The notes below the pieces were generated by a model that saw only the letters and a list, made by a program, of their open reading frames with translations, searched no databases and had not been told where the DNA came from. Below are positions 24,161-38,200 of a stretch of DNA of 64,000 nt, piece by piece. The stretch is from Marsupella aquatica (taxonomy: Eukaryota > Plantae > Marchantiophyta): assembly GCA_973895155.1 (NCBI GenBank), contig OZ316899.1, positions 62,001-126,000 on the forward strand. The letters are read 5' to 3'. Made by a program: the position numbers and the translations under genes. The stretch's first letter is position 1. Every line of letters starts with the position of its first letter.

Positions 24161-27036
24161 TGTTATGGGAGCCTACGAGCGACGAGCACATTAAAGAACC
24201 AGATTGCAGACGGGCAATAGGAATTCTAGAAGACCAAATGAATACTTCCCGACCATAATACCAGCCCAACCATGGCACAGAAGGGAATTTGAAGGTGAAG
24301 AGCACATTAAGGAACCAGGTTGAAGGTGGGCGGCAGGAATTCTAGAAAGCCAATCTTTTCCGACTAAAATACCACCCCAACCATAGTGCATAAGGGAAGG
24401 GTCTGTCGGCAATTTGAATTACTTGTTCCCAGGCTGCTGCCAAGTGCAAGCAAGCGTGGACGTGGGTTCCCACTTTAGTTAGACAAACCATATGGAAGAA
24501 ATTCATTGAACGTGGGACGAACGAAAGTATTGTGCTTGCAAAAAGAATAGAGACAGTTTGTGTCTATCCCAACTTCATATTCTCGTTGCTATTGGCAACA
24601 GAGAAGAAGATTTAATTGCACAATGAATTGGTAATACAGAGCGTACAATGGTTTTGGTGGGGACAGTTGCCAACTCAATAACTTTGAGCTTTTAACTATG
24701 TTATTACCTAATTATCGCTGAAAGTGCTCAGACAATAAATGTTCACCTATTGCCGTAAAGTATAAACATTGTGCACGTTCAGTTCCGCTACTTGAATTTA
24801 CCAAATCAAATTGGCAAGTGTTGGATTACACATCACTTCCCAAGTTAAAGCAACTTAAATTAGCTGGAGTGAGGGTCGCCACCTATTGGAATTTGGAAAT
24901 GGAGTGCTTCTTGTGCACCACCATCAGCTTTGCCTCGGCTGACTTTTGGTGTAGTCCTCCCATCAAGCGTGCGCAGCCCCTGAGACACGAATTGCAGCTC
25001 ATGAGCTTCAAACGCTCTACAAGCATTACAAGCATTTGTGTGGCAATTCTAATGGTTGTCGTGAGCAATTGAGGGATAGACTTATACTGTAGATAATAAT
25101 GCCGGCAGCCCCATCCCAATTTCCTCATTCCAATCAGTAGTGTGCTCTGGTTTATTCCACAGCTCTTGTGGGGCCTGATAGAAACTTCCAACCATGGTAA
25201 CTCAAATGAGCAAGAAGCAAAAGAGGTATTCATCAATTTGACTAACCGGTGTTGCGACAACGCTCGCTTGAAAGGACTCAAACAATTCCAATGCCAATTT
25301 TCAGAACAAATTTGTCTTTAATCAATGCAAATGATCAGAACAGCCACACATTCAAGCACATAATTATATACAAGCCATCTGGATAGTGCACTTGTGATGC
25401 TCGTTGAACTCAAACTGCCATCGGAAGCTATGGACAAAATGCTTGATAGAATTACACAATCACTTGTTATACATAGTTGATATATTCCTGAATTCATTTT
25501 TCCTATCCACTTGGAAATTGCACAGATTAATAGAAGTATCCATGAAGGTCTGTCATCGTAGAAAGAGATTTCCAGCAAAAACTTGTAAGAAAATTGCAAG
25601 ACGTGAGGTGCTCAACAGTTTTTTGTGTCTTGGCCAGTCTTGGGAGGCCATAGGCATTCGTCTATTTGCAGGACGTTTGTTAGCTTTTTTGGGTTTGCAT
25701 AGATTACGGTACGGTGGCTATAGAGAGAAAATTGCCCGCCATTGCTTGCGGATATGAAGGAAATGCTAAGTCGAGCAGCAATTCCAACCAGAAGAGAGAA
25801 GAGACGGGTACAAAGGAAGATAGCAGGAGAGCTAGAACTATAATGCGACAGAAGTGGCAGTAAGTTAATTTGAAGGCTGCTTTCACGCTCTGTCAAAAAA
25901 TATGAAAAAGTTTTGTCTTGGTATGGACATCCAACGACAACTGCTCCAAAGATCTCCTCTCAAGGCACTTGACAAACATGCCGTAGTGAATGACTACAAA
26001 GCAAACTTTGACCCGTGTAACCAACCAGACTTCAAGCAGTTGGAATCTATCTACATCAAATGGGGCGACCCGGTGATCTATGAATTTATCAAGTTCATTG
26101 AGGCGCCGGTGGGTAAATTTACTCGGGCTAAGCTAGCCTCCGGTATTGAGCATCATCACATTTCAGCTCTGGTGGAATCCACACTCAAGATTTTCCCAAC
26201 GGCTTAGTGACTCCGAGGTGTCTACTATCCTCTTCGACTACGTGGGCAGGAATCTGCGGTCAGTGTTGTTTTTGCTTCTCCTACAGGCACTTACCGACCG
26301 CGTGTTCTGCATCACGGCCCCATTATTTTGACAACCTGGTAACACAATTCAACATTCGTGAAGCAGGAACTCGACATCCCACACATCAAAAGGAACGGCC
26401 GGATCGCGAGGTCCTACAAGTGTGCCAAGGGGTGGAGTATAAGGCAAGGCAGAAGGCAGCTTTTTGGCAGGCGTAGGCTGAGGAGCAGCAACAACGGGAG
26501 GAAGTTGAATTACAACACCTGGCATTACGGGCCCAAGAGTTTGAGGCGGATCGGGCATAGACCCGGGTGTGGATTAGCATTGAGTCTAGAGAGTAAATAA
26601 TATATCACAACTGTATAGAGTGAATTAGTTCTAATCAGGAAGCCTGGTCTTCTTTAATTTGTATCTCATTTCCCACGTCCAAAATTGAATGGTGACACAT
26701 TTGATGCTAACGGAGTTTAAAGGTTTCAACATGAAAGCTATGGGAGTCTACGGTTTAACCGGAAATGTTATGGGAGCCTCCACTTTAACCAGAAATGTTG
26801 TGGGAGTCCATATGCTGAAACTTGGAGACATACCATGCATCGCATGTGAGACACAGCCTTTACATAAGAGTCTTGTATGGTGGGTTGGACAGTGAAGGCA
26901 ATTTGGGTCCTAGGAGTGTTTGAATGGAGTTGCAACACAGATGGAGGTGAGTAGCAAGGCATGAATACCGCAACCATGGATGTTGTACAGAAGAGAAGCT
27001 CCATCACTGCACACTCGGCCTGAAACCACGCCACGC

Positions 27037-27330
27037 CACTGCCACCAGTAAGCATAAAAAACGCAACCATTCGGAAACGCCTTCGCTCGAAGACTGCATC
27101 CAACAACGACTCGAATCCATCACTTGCTGCAATTATTGACAACGTTAGTACGCCATCCAAGCGACACAAGATTCACGATGCACTGCCACCAGTAAGCATA
27201 AAAACCGTAACCATTCGGAAACGCCTTCGCTCAAAGACTGCATCCAACAACGACTCTAATCCATCACTTGCTGCAATTATTGACGACGTCAGTACGCCAT
27301 CCAAGCAACGCAAGATTCAAGATGCAGATT
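27037..27330 (+). repeat. 2 x 144-bp tandem duplication (48-aa in-frame remnant)
   Basis: CACTGCCACCAGTAAGC starts at 27037 and 27181. It reads LPPVSIK..IRKRLRSKTASNNDSNPSLAAIID.VSTPSK..KI.DA twice in one frame. Confidence 0.85.
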
Positions 27331-27906
27331 GAAGGGAATTTGGAGGTGGCGAGCACAGTCAAGGACCAGATTGAAGGCCAGCAACAGGAATTCTCGAAGG
27401 CCAATGCTTCCCGACCAAAATACCGACCCAACAATAATGCAGAAGGGAATTTGAAGGTGACGAGCACATTTGAAGGCTGGTACAGGAATTCTAGAAGCAT
27501 TGACCAAGCTTTGTTTCCTTTGTATTTCTCACGAACCTAATTGAATGGTGACACTTTTGATGCTAACGGAGTCCAATGGTTTCAACATGAATGTTATAGC
27601 TGCAAAAGACTTTTATTGGAAATGTTATGGGAGTGCGGGACTACAAGTGAGTCACAATGAATGCTAGTGGTGTATGAACACTTAAAAAATAATGTTATGG
27701 GAGCCTACGGCAACCACCCGTAAGTCACCCTAATCAATACTAGCGGAGTTTAAAGGTTTTAATAATAATGTTGTGGGAGTCCAAATGTTGAAACGTCGAG
27801 ACCGTGCACTGCATGTAGGAGACCATGCACCGCGCTCCCTAAATACCCTGAAATGGCCTGAAGACCGGCCTCATTGCACGCGCTGTGCAGAGAAGATATA
27901 TACAGG

Positions 27907-28235
27907 GGGTTGGGAGTTGTGTGTTGGGGATTAAGGGGTTGTGGGTTCAAGGGGAAGTTGTGTCTTGGGTTGGGTAGGTTGAGAGTTGTGTGTTGGGGGT
28001 TGAGTGAGTTGGGGATTTAATTTGTTGTAGAGTTGGGTGTTGGGGGTTCAGGGATTGGAAGTTGTGTCTTGGGTTGGGTAGGTAGACAGTTGTATGTTGG
28101 GGGTTGAGGGAGTTGGGGAGTTATGTGTTGGAGGTTGAAGGAGTTTGGAGTTTGGTTGTGGGTGGGGGTTGACATTGTGGGTTGGGGGAGTTGTGGGTTG
28201 GGAGTTGCCGGGGAAGTTGTTTGTTGGGATAGAGA
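27907..28235. repeat. G/T-rich strand-asymmetric low-complexity tract (GGTTGGG/GAGTTG units)
   Basis: Almost no C on the + strand and many G3-G5 runs. It begins exactly where copy 1 of the 20 kb repeat ends. Confidence 0.9.
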
Positions 28236-28589
28236 CAACCATGTTGTAAAAGATGGACAAGAAAGATGATAAAGAAAATCCAACACAAAAGGGAAAATCA
28301 ACACTAAACCTTTGAACCTTTGATCCCTGAGTATAGACAGCCACAACAAGGGCAGACTGACACATTGGGCAGTCAGTTGTAAAAGATGGACAAGGAAGAT
28401 GATAAAGAAAAGCCAACACTTAGTCTAGAAAGAGGGGAAATTCAGAGAAAATCTGGACTGTCAATAAGAAGAGATAGATGGGCAAGATCATGTGCAAGGA
28501 CTTCAATTCAATCCAATCTTCAATGGAAAATCCCAGTTCTTACAATATACGGTTAACATAATTATGTATACAAATCATCATTCCTGCTT

Positions 28590-28810
28590 ATATGTCACAA
28601 GTATCTCCTCGACAAGACAAGTCAACAATAAATATCAACCTGCTTATCCGCCACAAGTATCTCCTCGATAGGACAAGCCAACAATAAATATCAACCGTGA
28701 AAAGTCAAAAATAAATGTTAGCCGTGGAAAGTACCTCCTTGACACGACAAGTCAACAATAAATATCAGCCATCGTAACAATAAATATTAGCATGGAAAGT
28801 CAACAATGAA
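28590..28810 (+). repeat. Degenerate short tandem repeat (ACAAGTCAACAATAAATATCA-like)
   Basis: The CAACAATAAATATCA motif recurs 3-4 times with variants in the spacer between the two 20 kb copies. Confidence 0.75.
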
Positions 28811-30244
28811 TGTTGGCCGTGGATTTTAAATGAACGGGCCAGATGCTTGTATACACACGACCACACCATCTTCTTCACGACCGCCACTACACTTGTTACA
28901 GGCCTCCAAAACAGCCACACAGCCGCTGCACTACGGCCGTAATGCGCCGATAATATATATAAGTTGCAATGAAATAAATAATTCTACTTCAGGATATATT
29001 ATTTATGTGTGTAGGACCCCCTAAATGTTTTCACTGGTAGTAAAGTAATCATTAAACTGTTAAACCCTTTCAAGGTATTATAAACACTTAATGAACACTC
29101 AACTATTATTTGATTCCTAACCAGAACAATCTTTATGGTACAACCTCTCGCCAAGTTATTGAGTATCCACCAGGCTACAAGTAGTCAATTCAGATCGGCG
29201 GCAGAAGAATAATCATTTTGCCTTGAGTAACTCTGAAGTGTGATTCATTTATGCCTGGTTTGGCCTTGATTTGTCATCCGTCACATCTGGTCATCCCGCC
29301 CCTATCCTGACACCGTCCCAACCTCATCCCAACCCTATCCCAACCCCACCCGGTCCCAACCACACCCCGTAGGGCAACATGTAAACTTGCCCGTTAACTC
29401 AAACCGGGCATTTATCCCACACAAAGATCATCCAACCCCAGGGGCAAGTGAATAATCATTATGCATGGAGTAACTGTGGAGTGTGACTCATTTCTGCCAA
29501 GGGAAGATCATCCAAACCCAAGGGAACACAGTACATTGAAAATGGTCAGAACATTGAACTACACAAACAAAGAGGGAGCTCGACCTGTACTTGCTCTAGG
29601 TTGGTCTCCTAGTGGTGTTGGCTATGCTGACGAGGAAGAAGCCTGAAGCAAGCTGCCTCTCTCCGGCCACAATTCCAGGATCCTGAAAATTAAGCTTAGT
29701 TCACACCCTGACTTGGGCGTATGGCCAGGTTGACATTTTCCCTCCCTATCATTCTTATTGTTAGGAGAACAGGATTGACAGTTTTGAAGTAAATTCTGGT
29801 GTATTATCCTTTCCTTTTAATTAGTAGATATTTAAAAAACAGAAGGGTTTGCAGAATTGATCACAAAGGACATGGTTACATTTCATTATATTGAGTTTAT
29901 GATGGTTTTATTACATAAACCCTAATTTTGCTTTGAACTTTTTATTGAATACTCCACGTTTCTCAGATTGCACAAGGGGATCTGGTTGACATTGGGATGA
30001 CTTTGTGAGTGCAAAATCTACTTCCTTTAGTAGTTGGGAAGCTATCCGCCCTCTTTCACAAGATATTGCCTTACAGTTCATTCAAAAGTAAGTTGGCTTC
30101 AAGCACTATTGTTGCCAATGATATGAAGCTCTATATGCACTTGGAGAAATGAGTTTCAGTTTCAGGTTTCTTGTCATTGTTTTTGGTCATCCTCAAGACA
30201 CTAAATCCTTTTAGTGTTCTGTGCAGTGTCATTCATGCCAACAT

Positions 30245-31650
30245 TGTACAAATATTGAGGCGAGACCAAGGAAAAAACTGTACACTCCTTGGGACAAATC
30301 AATAGTAGATTTATGAAGGTGAGTACCTTAACATCAAAATTCCCCCTTTCTTCCCACCTACATGTTGAATTATTCATAAATCTAATGATAAAAATTACAA
30401 CTTACGGCATTTCGGTACTCAGATCTAAAATGGTTCGTGTACTATTTGACCGGAATTGTAATTTTTACTGAATTGGAATTAAAAGAAAAAAAATTCAGTG
30501 GATTTGTTTGCTACATTGTGGGAAGATCTAAAAAAATTGACATCATAAAATTGAAGTTTACACTTTATTGGATTCTTTGTTATGAAAACATTCAAGTTGA
30601 ACTTTTAGTTAGAAAAGTTCTTAAACTAAAGTCCTCAAGGTTTTGAAGGACAGTGTTTTCGAATGGCTATCAAAGATGTCACCTTTTGGACGTGGTTACA
30701 ATTATCCCTATTTTCATTGCTCCCCGTGTGAATGGGGGTACTCTTATCTCCTGAGGGTACCCTTGTGCTTGAGGGTACTCTTATCAGTGAGGGTACTCTT
30801 ATCAGCGAGGGTACTCTTATCAATGGGTACGCTTATCAATAATGGTACTTTGATCAACGAGGGTACCCTTATCAATGAGGATACTCTTATTTCCTGAGGG
30901 TACCCTTGCGTATGAGGGTACTCTTATCAATGAGGGTACTCTTATATCAGCAAGAGTACTCTTATCAATGGGTACGCTTATCAATAATGGTACTTTGATC
31001 AACGAGGGTACCCTTATCAATGAGGATACTCTTATTTCCTGAGGGTACCCTTGCGTATGAGGGTACTCTTATCAATGAGGGTACTCTTATATCAGCAAGA
31101 GTACTCTTATCAATAATGGTACTTTGATCAACGAGGGTACCCTTATCAATGAGGATACTCTTATTTCCTGAGGGTACCCTTGCGTATGAGAGTACTCTTA
31201 TCAATGAGGGTACTCTTATATCAACAAGAGTACTCTTATCAATGGGTACGCTTATCAACAATGGTACTTTGATAATGAGGGTACCCTTATTAGTGAGGGT
31301 ATTCTTATCTCGTAAGGGTACCCTTGTGTTGGGCCTTGTGCACGAGGGTACTCTTATTAATGAGGGTACTTTTATTACTCATAGCAAGCAACAAAGCGGG
31401 CAGGGAACCCCATGAAGGCGCCCCGCGCCGGCAGAAGGACTCCGAACGTACTGAAAAGACCCTAAACCTCACGAGACCAACATTTTGGGTATTGCATGGA
31501 CAAATACTGGCCAAAGTACATGCCTAAATTTACCTGCTCTGTTTTAGTTCCCTAAACCAGGGGTGATTTTTTTTATCAAATCCATACGTTGTATCCTAGT
31601 TTTTTTCACACATGATGTAAACCTACATCATGTGAAAGTGGGAGAGAAGA
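30245..31650 (+). repeat. Repeat block A'' with 18-bp-based minisatellite (~30735-31375)
   Basis: Third direct copy of block A. Confidence 0.95.
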
Positions 31651-34600
31651 AAAATAGCAAAAACCAAAGCAAGCCAAAAAAATTCAGCTTTTTCCAGGAA
31701 GAAAAAAAAACTTCACCTCCAGGAGGGAAGGAAAAAAACTCCAACTTCAGGCGCTAGGGAAAAAATTAAACCTGAGGGAGGGCAGGGAAGGAAAAACAAT
31801 TTGAGCTTCAAGAAAGGGAAACTTTAAGATTTTAGACAATAGGAAAACTTCAGGTAAGGTAAGAGTCAAATATTTTTTTGTAGTATTTGTAAATTAAAGT
31901 CGGGAGTTTTGAACGTATCTATTCTCTTCAGTGAATTTATTTTGGCTACCTTGTTCCCCAGAAAGGCAAGCATTACAGTGCGTCGGTTGAAGTGCAAAGA
32001 AGATAGGACTGTATTTTCTTTCCTGGGTATTGACCAATAGACACATTATTAAAATATGGGGTACCATTTATTCTAGTAAACAATTCTCTCATTACATTCA
32101 ATATAAATGGACCCTAAACTCCCCCTACCCCATTCTGGTGTAGTCGTTTATTTTTACCGTCAACCCTAGATTTTTGGAACCTAGAAGCGACATGTGAGGC
32201 ACACTTCACATAAATCAAAATTTATTTTTCCCCGGTCCCACATGACCTGCCAATTTTCCCTTGCATTGGACATTGGCATTTAGATAAAAAAACACTACTC
32301 AAATAGATGATTGTACAACATAACAAATGTGTTGTACGACACCTCATTTGTGGCCGAAGACTGTTTGTTACATTCCTACTTTACCTAACCTGCATGATTA
32401 CATCATGTCGTCGCGGACGTTTATAGTCTTTGTGTCCATGTATGTAAAACCCCACATTTTTACAGCCCAGCTTAGTACATTTCTTAATACATTCATTCAT
32501 ACTTTAATTAATTATTGGATTACCCCGGCATTTGCTTCGTATCTATGCGTAGGATACCCCGGCATTTGCTTTGTATCTATGCGTAGGATTACCCCAGCTT
32601 TTGTATCCATGGGTGGCCAATTTCCAAACATTAACCTTACTAGTACTTTATTAATTATAAGATTACCCCGGCTTGCGTTTCGTATCCTTGTGTAGGATTA
32701 CCCCAGATTTTGTATCCATGTGTATGGCACAAATCTTGAACATTAATTAATGTACATTTATTGATGGATAAGATTACCCCAACTTTCGTATCCGTGTGTA
32801 TGGCACAATATCCTAAGATTAACCTGTCTAGTACATTGCTTCGTGATTGGATTACCCCGAGGTTCGGACGTATTCCTAACATTAACCTTAGTTGTACATT
32901 ACTCGATTATTAGATTACCCTAAATTGTACACGTATATGGCCCAATTTCCTAATATGAACCATAATACTGCATTACATGACCTCAACTTTTGTATCTCTT
33001 ATTGACAATGGCCGCTTATCATGTAAACAGAGTCAAGAGTGTGTGGTTTTCTCAAAATACCCAGCCTTGTTCTTTTTCTTTAAACAGTGTTGTGTGGGTT
33101 TATCAGAATACTTGGCCTTGTTCCTTTACAGATGAACACCTATTAAGATTAAGAGTGTACCAAGGGTTAGCACGAGGTGCAATACAATGCCCACAACAAG
33201 ATAGATTAGGCAACCATACTACCCTGTTGTGCCTGTTTGTTCCCAAACAAACCTTCACCCCTAACCCCTACTAGAAGGTTGCCCATTCAACCTCCTTACA
33301 GTAGCAGGCTGAACAGAAATCAACATTGATTCTATATCAATCAACATCCGCCACAATGTTAATTCACTTTTTGAAGAGGGGAAAAAAAGTTCAGTTGAAT
33401 TCAAAATGGTGAATTCTTGCTCGAGCCAAAAACGTCATCCATTACACAAAAGTTTCTATTCATGTAAGGAAATAGTTCTTCAATGTTGAACGAAGACTTC
33501 TCTGAGCAACATCACATCATGTGCTCAGCGTGAAGAGTCCTGGTGATAAACTTGCTGCTGGTTTCTACTCCCCAAGGGATCCAACGTTCAGCTCCCGTGC
33601 ACCTGCAGTGAGAGGTAGGTTTTAATTGAACTCATGTATCCTCATCCGATCACTACAAGCAAGGGCAATGTCAAGGTAGCAACCATTTCAGCTACATCTT
33701 AAATGGCCATATGTTGCATCACCTACAATCATCTATACAAAAGTTCAGCTTAGTTACGCTTCAATTTTGTGTACGAGGATGTGTAAAATCTGCCAATGAA
33801 CTATAACAGTAATAAGAGCACCAGACTTTGAGCTGCTCACCATCTACAGGGGATATTTGTGGACCACATTATACCCAAAGCGCAAGTTTTTAGTGTTGCA
33901 CCCACAAAACTCACCACCTACACCATGAATTGATGACAAATCCAATTAATTTCACCATACACACAAGAGAAGACAACAGTTCCAGCTTATTGTGGGAATA
34001 CCACACATCCCGAGTGGTACTGAATATGCAATCAATGAGGTCACACTTTTGCATCCATCCACAGCAATTCACCTTGCAATCATGAAATGGCGAGACCGTA
34101 CTCTGCCTGTCATTGTGCTTTTGGTAAATTTTTCCAAATGCACCTCAGCTTCCTCCTATTTGACTGTTGTTTTCGGGTTCAACAGTTGTATCCCCTTCAC
34201 CAGTTCATACAGGATGTTCACTCCAGTCCACCGTCTCATTGGAGGAGTCCAAAACAACAGCTGACTCTTGTTCCGGCTCGAGTTGGGGTTATGGGAAAAG
34301 CTCAACTTCAAGGTTGGGTGCTATACCCTTGACCTCATGCCAAGTCACCTCCCATAAACTATACCCACTTATACTACTCCGTTGCACAAGGACTCCTTCT
34401 TTGTGCATGATAACAACTTGTTCTTATACTACTCCGTTGCACAAGGACTCCTTCTTTGTGCATGATAGCAACTTGTTCTTCAGCAACTCAGGAATGACAT
34501 CTTCCAACTTTTCACTGCTTTTTCCCCTCAGTCGGGGCTGAATCTACATATCCAATCGGCCCACCACAGCCAGCCATATTGCTCAAAAACTAGGCAGCTA

Positions 34601-35248
34601 GCCCAAAGAGTTTACTGTTCACTTGCAGCACAATCTTGGACAATAACCGGGAAATCAATTGCAAGGGCGCATCCATACCACGATACTCTATGGGTAGATG
34701 TCTGACACCAACATCCAACACATCATGAAGCATGACAAACATAACCTGGTGAAAGAAAAGGCCACATATTGTTAGAGGAAGCTGGACATTATATGTAGAG
34801 GAGGATATACACCGCTGCAATCACAATATGGTCAATTTCCGAACTTCCTTTCTCTCTTCTGCCCACATACTCGTGTCAGAACTTGTGCTATGCAAAGCCA
34901 TATCTCACCCACTTGTTATGTGCCCATAGATGCATCCTTTTTTAGGCCCTGTGTGGTGCATACACTATCAGCATTCTCGTCACCTGCATCTCATATCCAA
35001 TGGGAGTAAACCTTAGCCTACTTCAAATACAATTTTACAGAGTGACCCGCTAAAACATGTACGGCACATACGCACCTCTTTGCACACCACCAACTGGAGG
35101 TTTTGCAAATGCTTGGGCAACATGGTGGCAGAGGATGTCATTAGCTCAGCTCAAGTGGCCTCCAATCACTCATCATAACTGTAAGAGTCTCAAAGCCTGC
35201 CTCAAAAGCCTCTAGATGGCGAGCAATGTGCCTTAATTTGTGAATGCT

Positions 35249-38200
35249 CTATTGTCTCGGCCTTCCTACTACCTGTTGCCTAGACAACCTGAGTCGCTCC
35301 TCTTTCAGTACTTCCTGCAATATTGCGTTATCCTTTTTTCCGCTACTCAAACTTCCGTGTACGCATTCATCAATCAGTGTCCTCTTTCTCTGTTGTACAT
35401 GCCACAATGTCTCCTCAATAGTATTCCTCATTAGGAAATGTGTAACAAACACTTCTTTTGTCTGCCCTAGACGATGAGTTCTGTCCACTGCTTGATCTTC
35501 TGCTGTTGGATTCCACCATATATCTGTAAAGAGTACATGATTGGCAGCCGTGATATTTAATCCCGTATTGGCAGCCTTTAATGACAGTAGGGCGACTTGT
35601 ATCTGAATCAATCCAGTGTAGTGAAATGCTTAGTGAGTGACCGATGTACAATTTCTCAAAAACATGCACCAAAACAACCTATATGGGGTGCTTTATGCAT
35701 ACCTGGCGAGATTCGGCAAAGTCTCTCAGATTTTGGTCACGCTTCTCCAAACTCATGCTCCCGTCCACCCTTGTGAACTGGATGTTTGCACTTTCAAGAG
35801 TTCCTTGTAACAAGTCAATTAAGCCGGTCCATTGAGAAAACACAATGGTCTTATCGTCACTTCCAGACTCTCGCAGCTCGTTCAAGTAAGACATGACACC
35901 ATCAATTTTGGGTGATGGCCCAGAAGTATGAAACTGAGAATTTCCAAGTCCTCCTCTGCCAATTCAGTGCCAGACGACGTACATATATCACATACTCTGT
36001 ACACCGTACTCCATGAAATTTGCTGCTTACAGTGTGGTGCTCCGCATATTATGTCCTCTTCCAGCGGATCAAAATAACAAGCTGAACTGGAACAGTAATA
36101 GTGACCACAGATGGAAATCATGGGGTCATCAAAAAGCTCACCCTGCAAATATTACAAAAATGGACTTCAAAGTTAGTGTGCAATGTCAAATGTTTCACCA
36201 ATCGCCACCGGTTGAACAACACTCCCACGGGGTACTGGATTTACAAATAGGATTTACTATGTGCGAAAAATCACCTGGCACTTGTTACAAGTCACCCCTT
36301 CTGGAGCATCCAACAACTTGTTTACCAATTCGTCTGAACGGACTCCATCGGGTTGGATCTTGGGAGTATTCACACTATCTTCTTTTTCATTGTGAAAGAC
36401 AAGGTCACGATGCCCACAGTGGCGTCTCATTCTCAGCATCAACGACAACAATTTAGCTTTCTCTTTCTTATTTCCCTTCTGTGAAGCCCACAAATCGACC
36501 CGGTTGAGTAATTGTACAAAACAACAGGGCAACCATTGTATCTGTGCACAATTGAAGAATGACAAAGTACACCCACATAGGGTGGGCCAAACTTTGGACA
36601 TACCGAGTCTTCCGCTGCACTCCTTGCCTCTAATTTCTTATACACTATGGCATCGCCTTCAACTAAAAAGTCAAGATGAGCTACTCTTACATGCTTCTTA
36701 GGTAGATTCAGGATACCTGCAAACAAAATATGTCCAGCTATAAGATTGCATACAAACATACAACACATCGAAATCCATATGAAATTCAACCAATTCCAAA
36801 TAATGGAAAAGTCCAATTCCAACACATGTGAACATTGTAGTTGTAGTTGTCTTACTCTTATCTCTTCTCAATGTAATGGCCCTCAGCTCCTTGTGTAGTA
36901 TTGCGTGTCCAGCTTTCCTACTTTTTGCAATATGCTGCCTCAAAATCTTGAACCGGTCTATGTCACAGTAAGGGGGGTATCCAAGAAATTTGAAATAACT
37001 GTATGCCTCCCAAGTAGAATTTGACACAGGAGTTCCACTTACACACCATCTGCTTCTTGCATGTAGGTTGCAAGCAGCTAATGCTCTGCCACTCCTATGG
37101 TTTGAGATTGCCTGACACTCGTCTAGAATCACCCTGTACCATTGTACCTGCTCCAGGCAAGGAGGCAATGGATCCTTCGTTTTCTTGGGTGTTGGCTCCA
37201 CAGGAATTTTTTGACTTAATTTCCTTTTCCTTCTCAGTGTAGGTGGGTCCGCAGTGGAATGTTGGACGAGAGTGCCATAAGTGGTAATTATAACATCGTA
37301 TAAGGCCAACTGCTTTGGATCCATACATCTGTCCGACCCGTGAAATATTAACACCTTTACATTTGCCCTTGCAGTAGTTTTAGTGGTAATCTCACGTTTC
37401 CATTGAGTCATAACACTTCCAGGACAAACGATAAGGGTCTTGCTTCTGGGTGGTCGATTGGTGACTAAGAGTGTAATCAGTTGAATTGTCTTCCCCATTC
37501 CCTACCAACAAATACAGTTAGTTCATTTCATGCAATGGGGAAGAAAATTCCAAGTTCACACCACAAAACACATGATGACCCTGAAGTCAATGCGCAGCCC
37601 ACTCAACATTAGGAAATGATGTGAGCTTTAGGGTTTTACCTGGTCATCTGCCAAAATACCCCCAAAACATTCGGAATCACCACTCTCCCTTGACAACATC
37701 CAGAATAGACCTTTCCGTTGATGTTGATAAACGGTCACATTTTGCATAAGCCCATCTGGTGGGCTTGCTTCTCCTGTGAAGTCCCTATCATCGATGTATT
37801 CCTGCAATGGTCACGGAATAACAGTCAGCCTTCTTAACCGGCTCTACTCATCCAAACTGAGTATTTGGACAAGATGTTGCGACATGGTTAGTTTACTCAC
37901 TCGTTCCTCTGCTTGCGAAAAAGGTTGGACTCGGACTCGGGGAAAGTCCATCTCTGAATCTGAATCTGAACAGGAATCTGCGATTGTACGACGCACGGAG
38001 GTAGCGTCAATGTCAACATGATCCAAGCTATCCCCTTCATTATCAAAAGACCACAACAGTCGTCGCCTTTTTGGGGGGTCCTCCAAATTAATACGAGTCA
38101 ATTGCGAGACCACAGATGGAGAACAACTTGCAATCTCATCCCTCTGTACGCGATTTTTACATGGCACTGGCACTATTGTCATTTCATTGTTGGAGGTTGA

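Larger units (their letters stand above)
8256..27906. repeat. ~20 kb segmental repeat, copy 1
   Basis: Runs from AGTTGCAATGAAATAAATAATTC to AGAAGATATATACAGG. It is collinear and nearly identical to 28962-49126 (offset 20706 at the start, 21220 at the end). Confidence 0.97.

Noticed and set aside
21138-24412. Numerous 60-150 aa ORFs across the satellites (also 41197-44472)
   Set aside because: Artefacts of tandem repeats, with indels between units and no consistent frame.
8256-27906. The 20 kb unit as a canonical Helitron or TIR transposon
   Set aside because: No shared TC/CTRR termini in both copies, no terminal inverted repeats or TSD, and no RepHel or DDE transposase seen.
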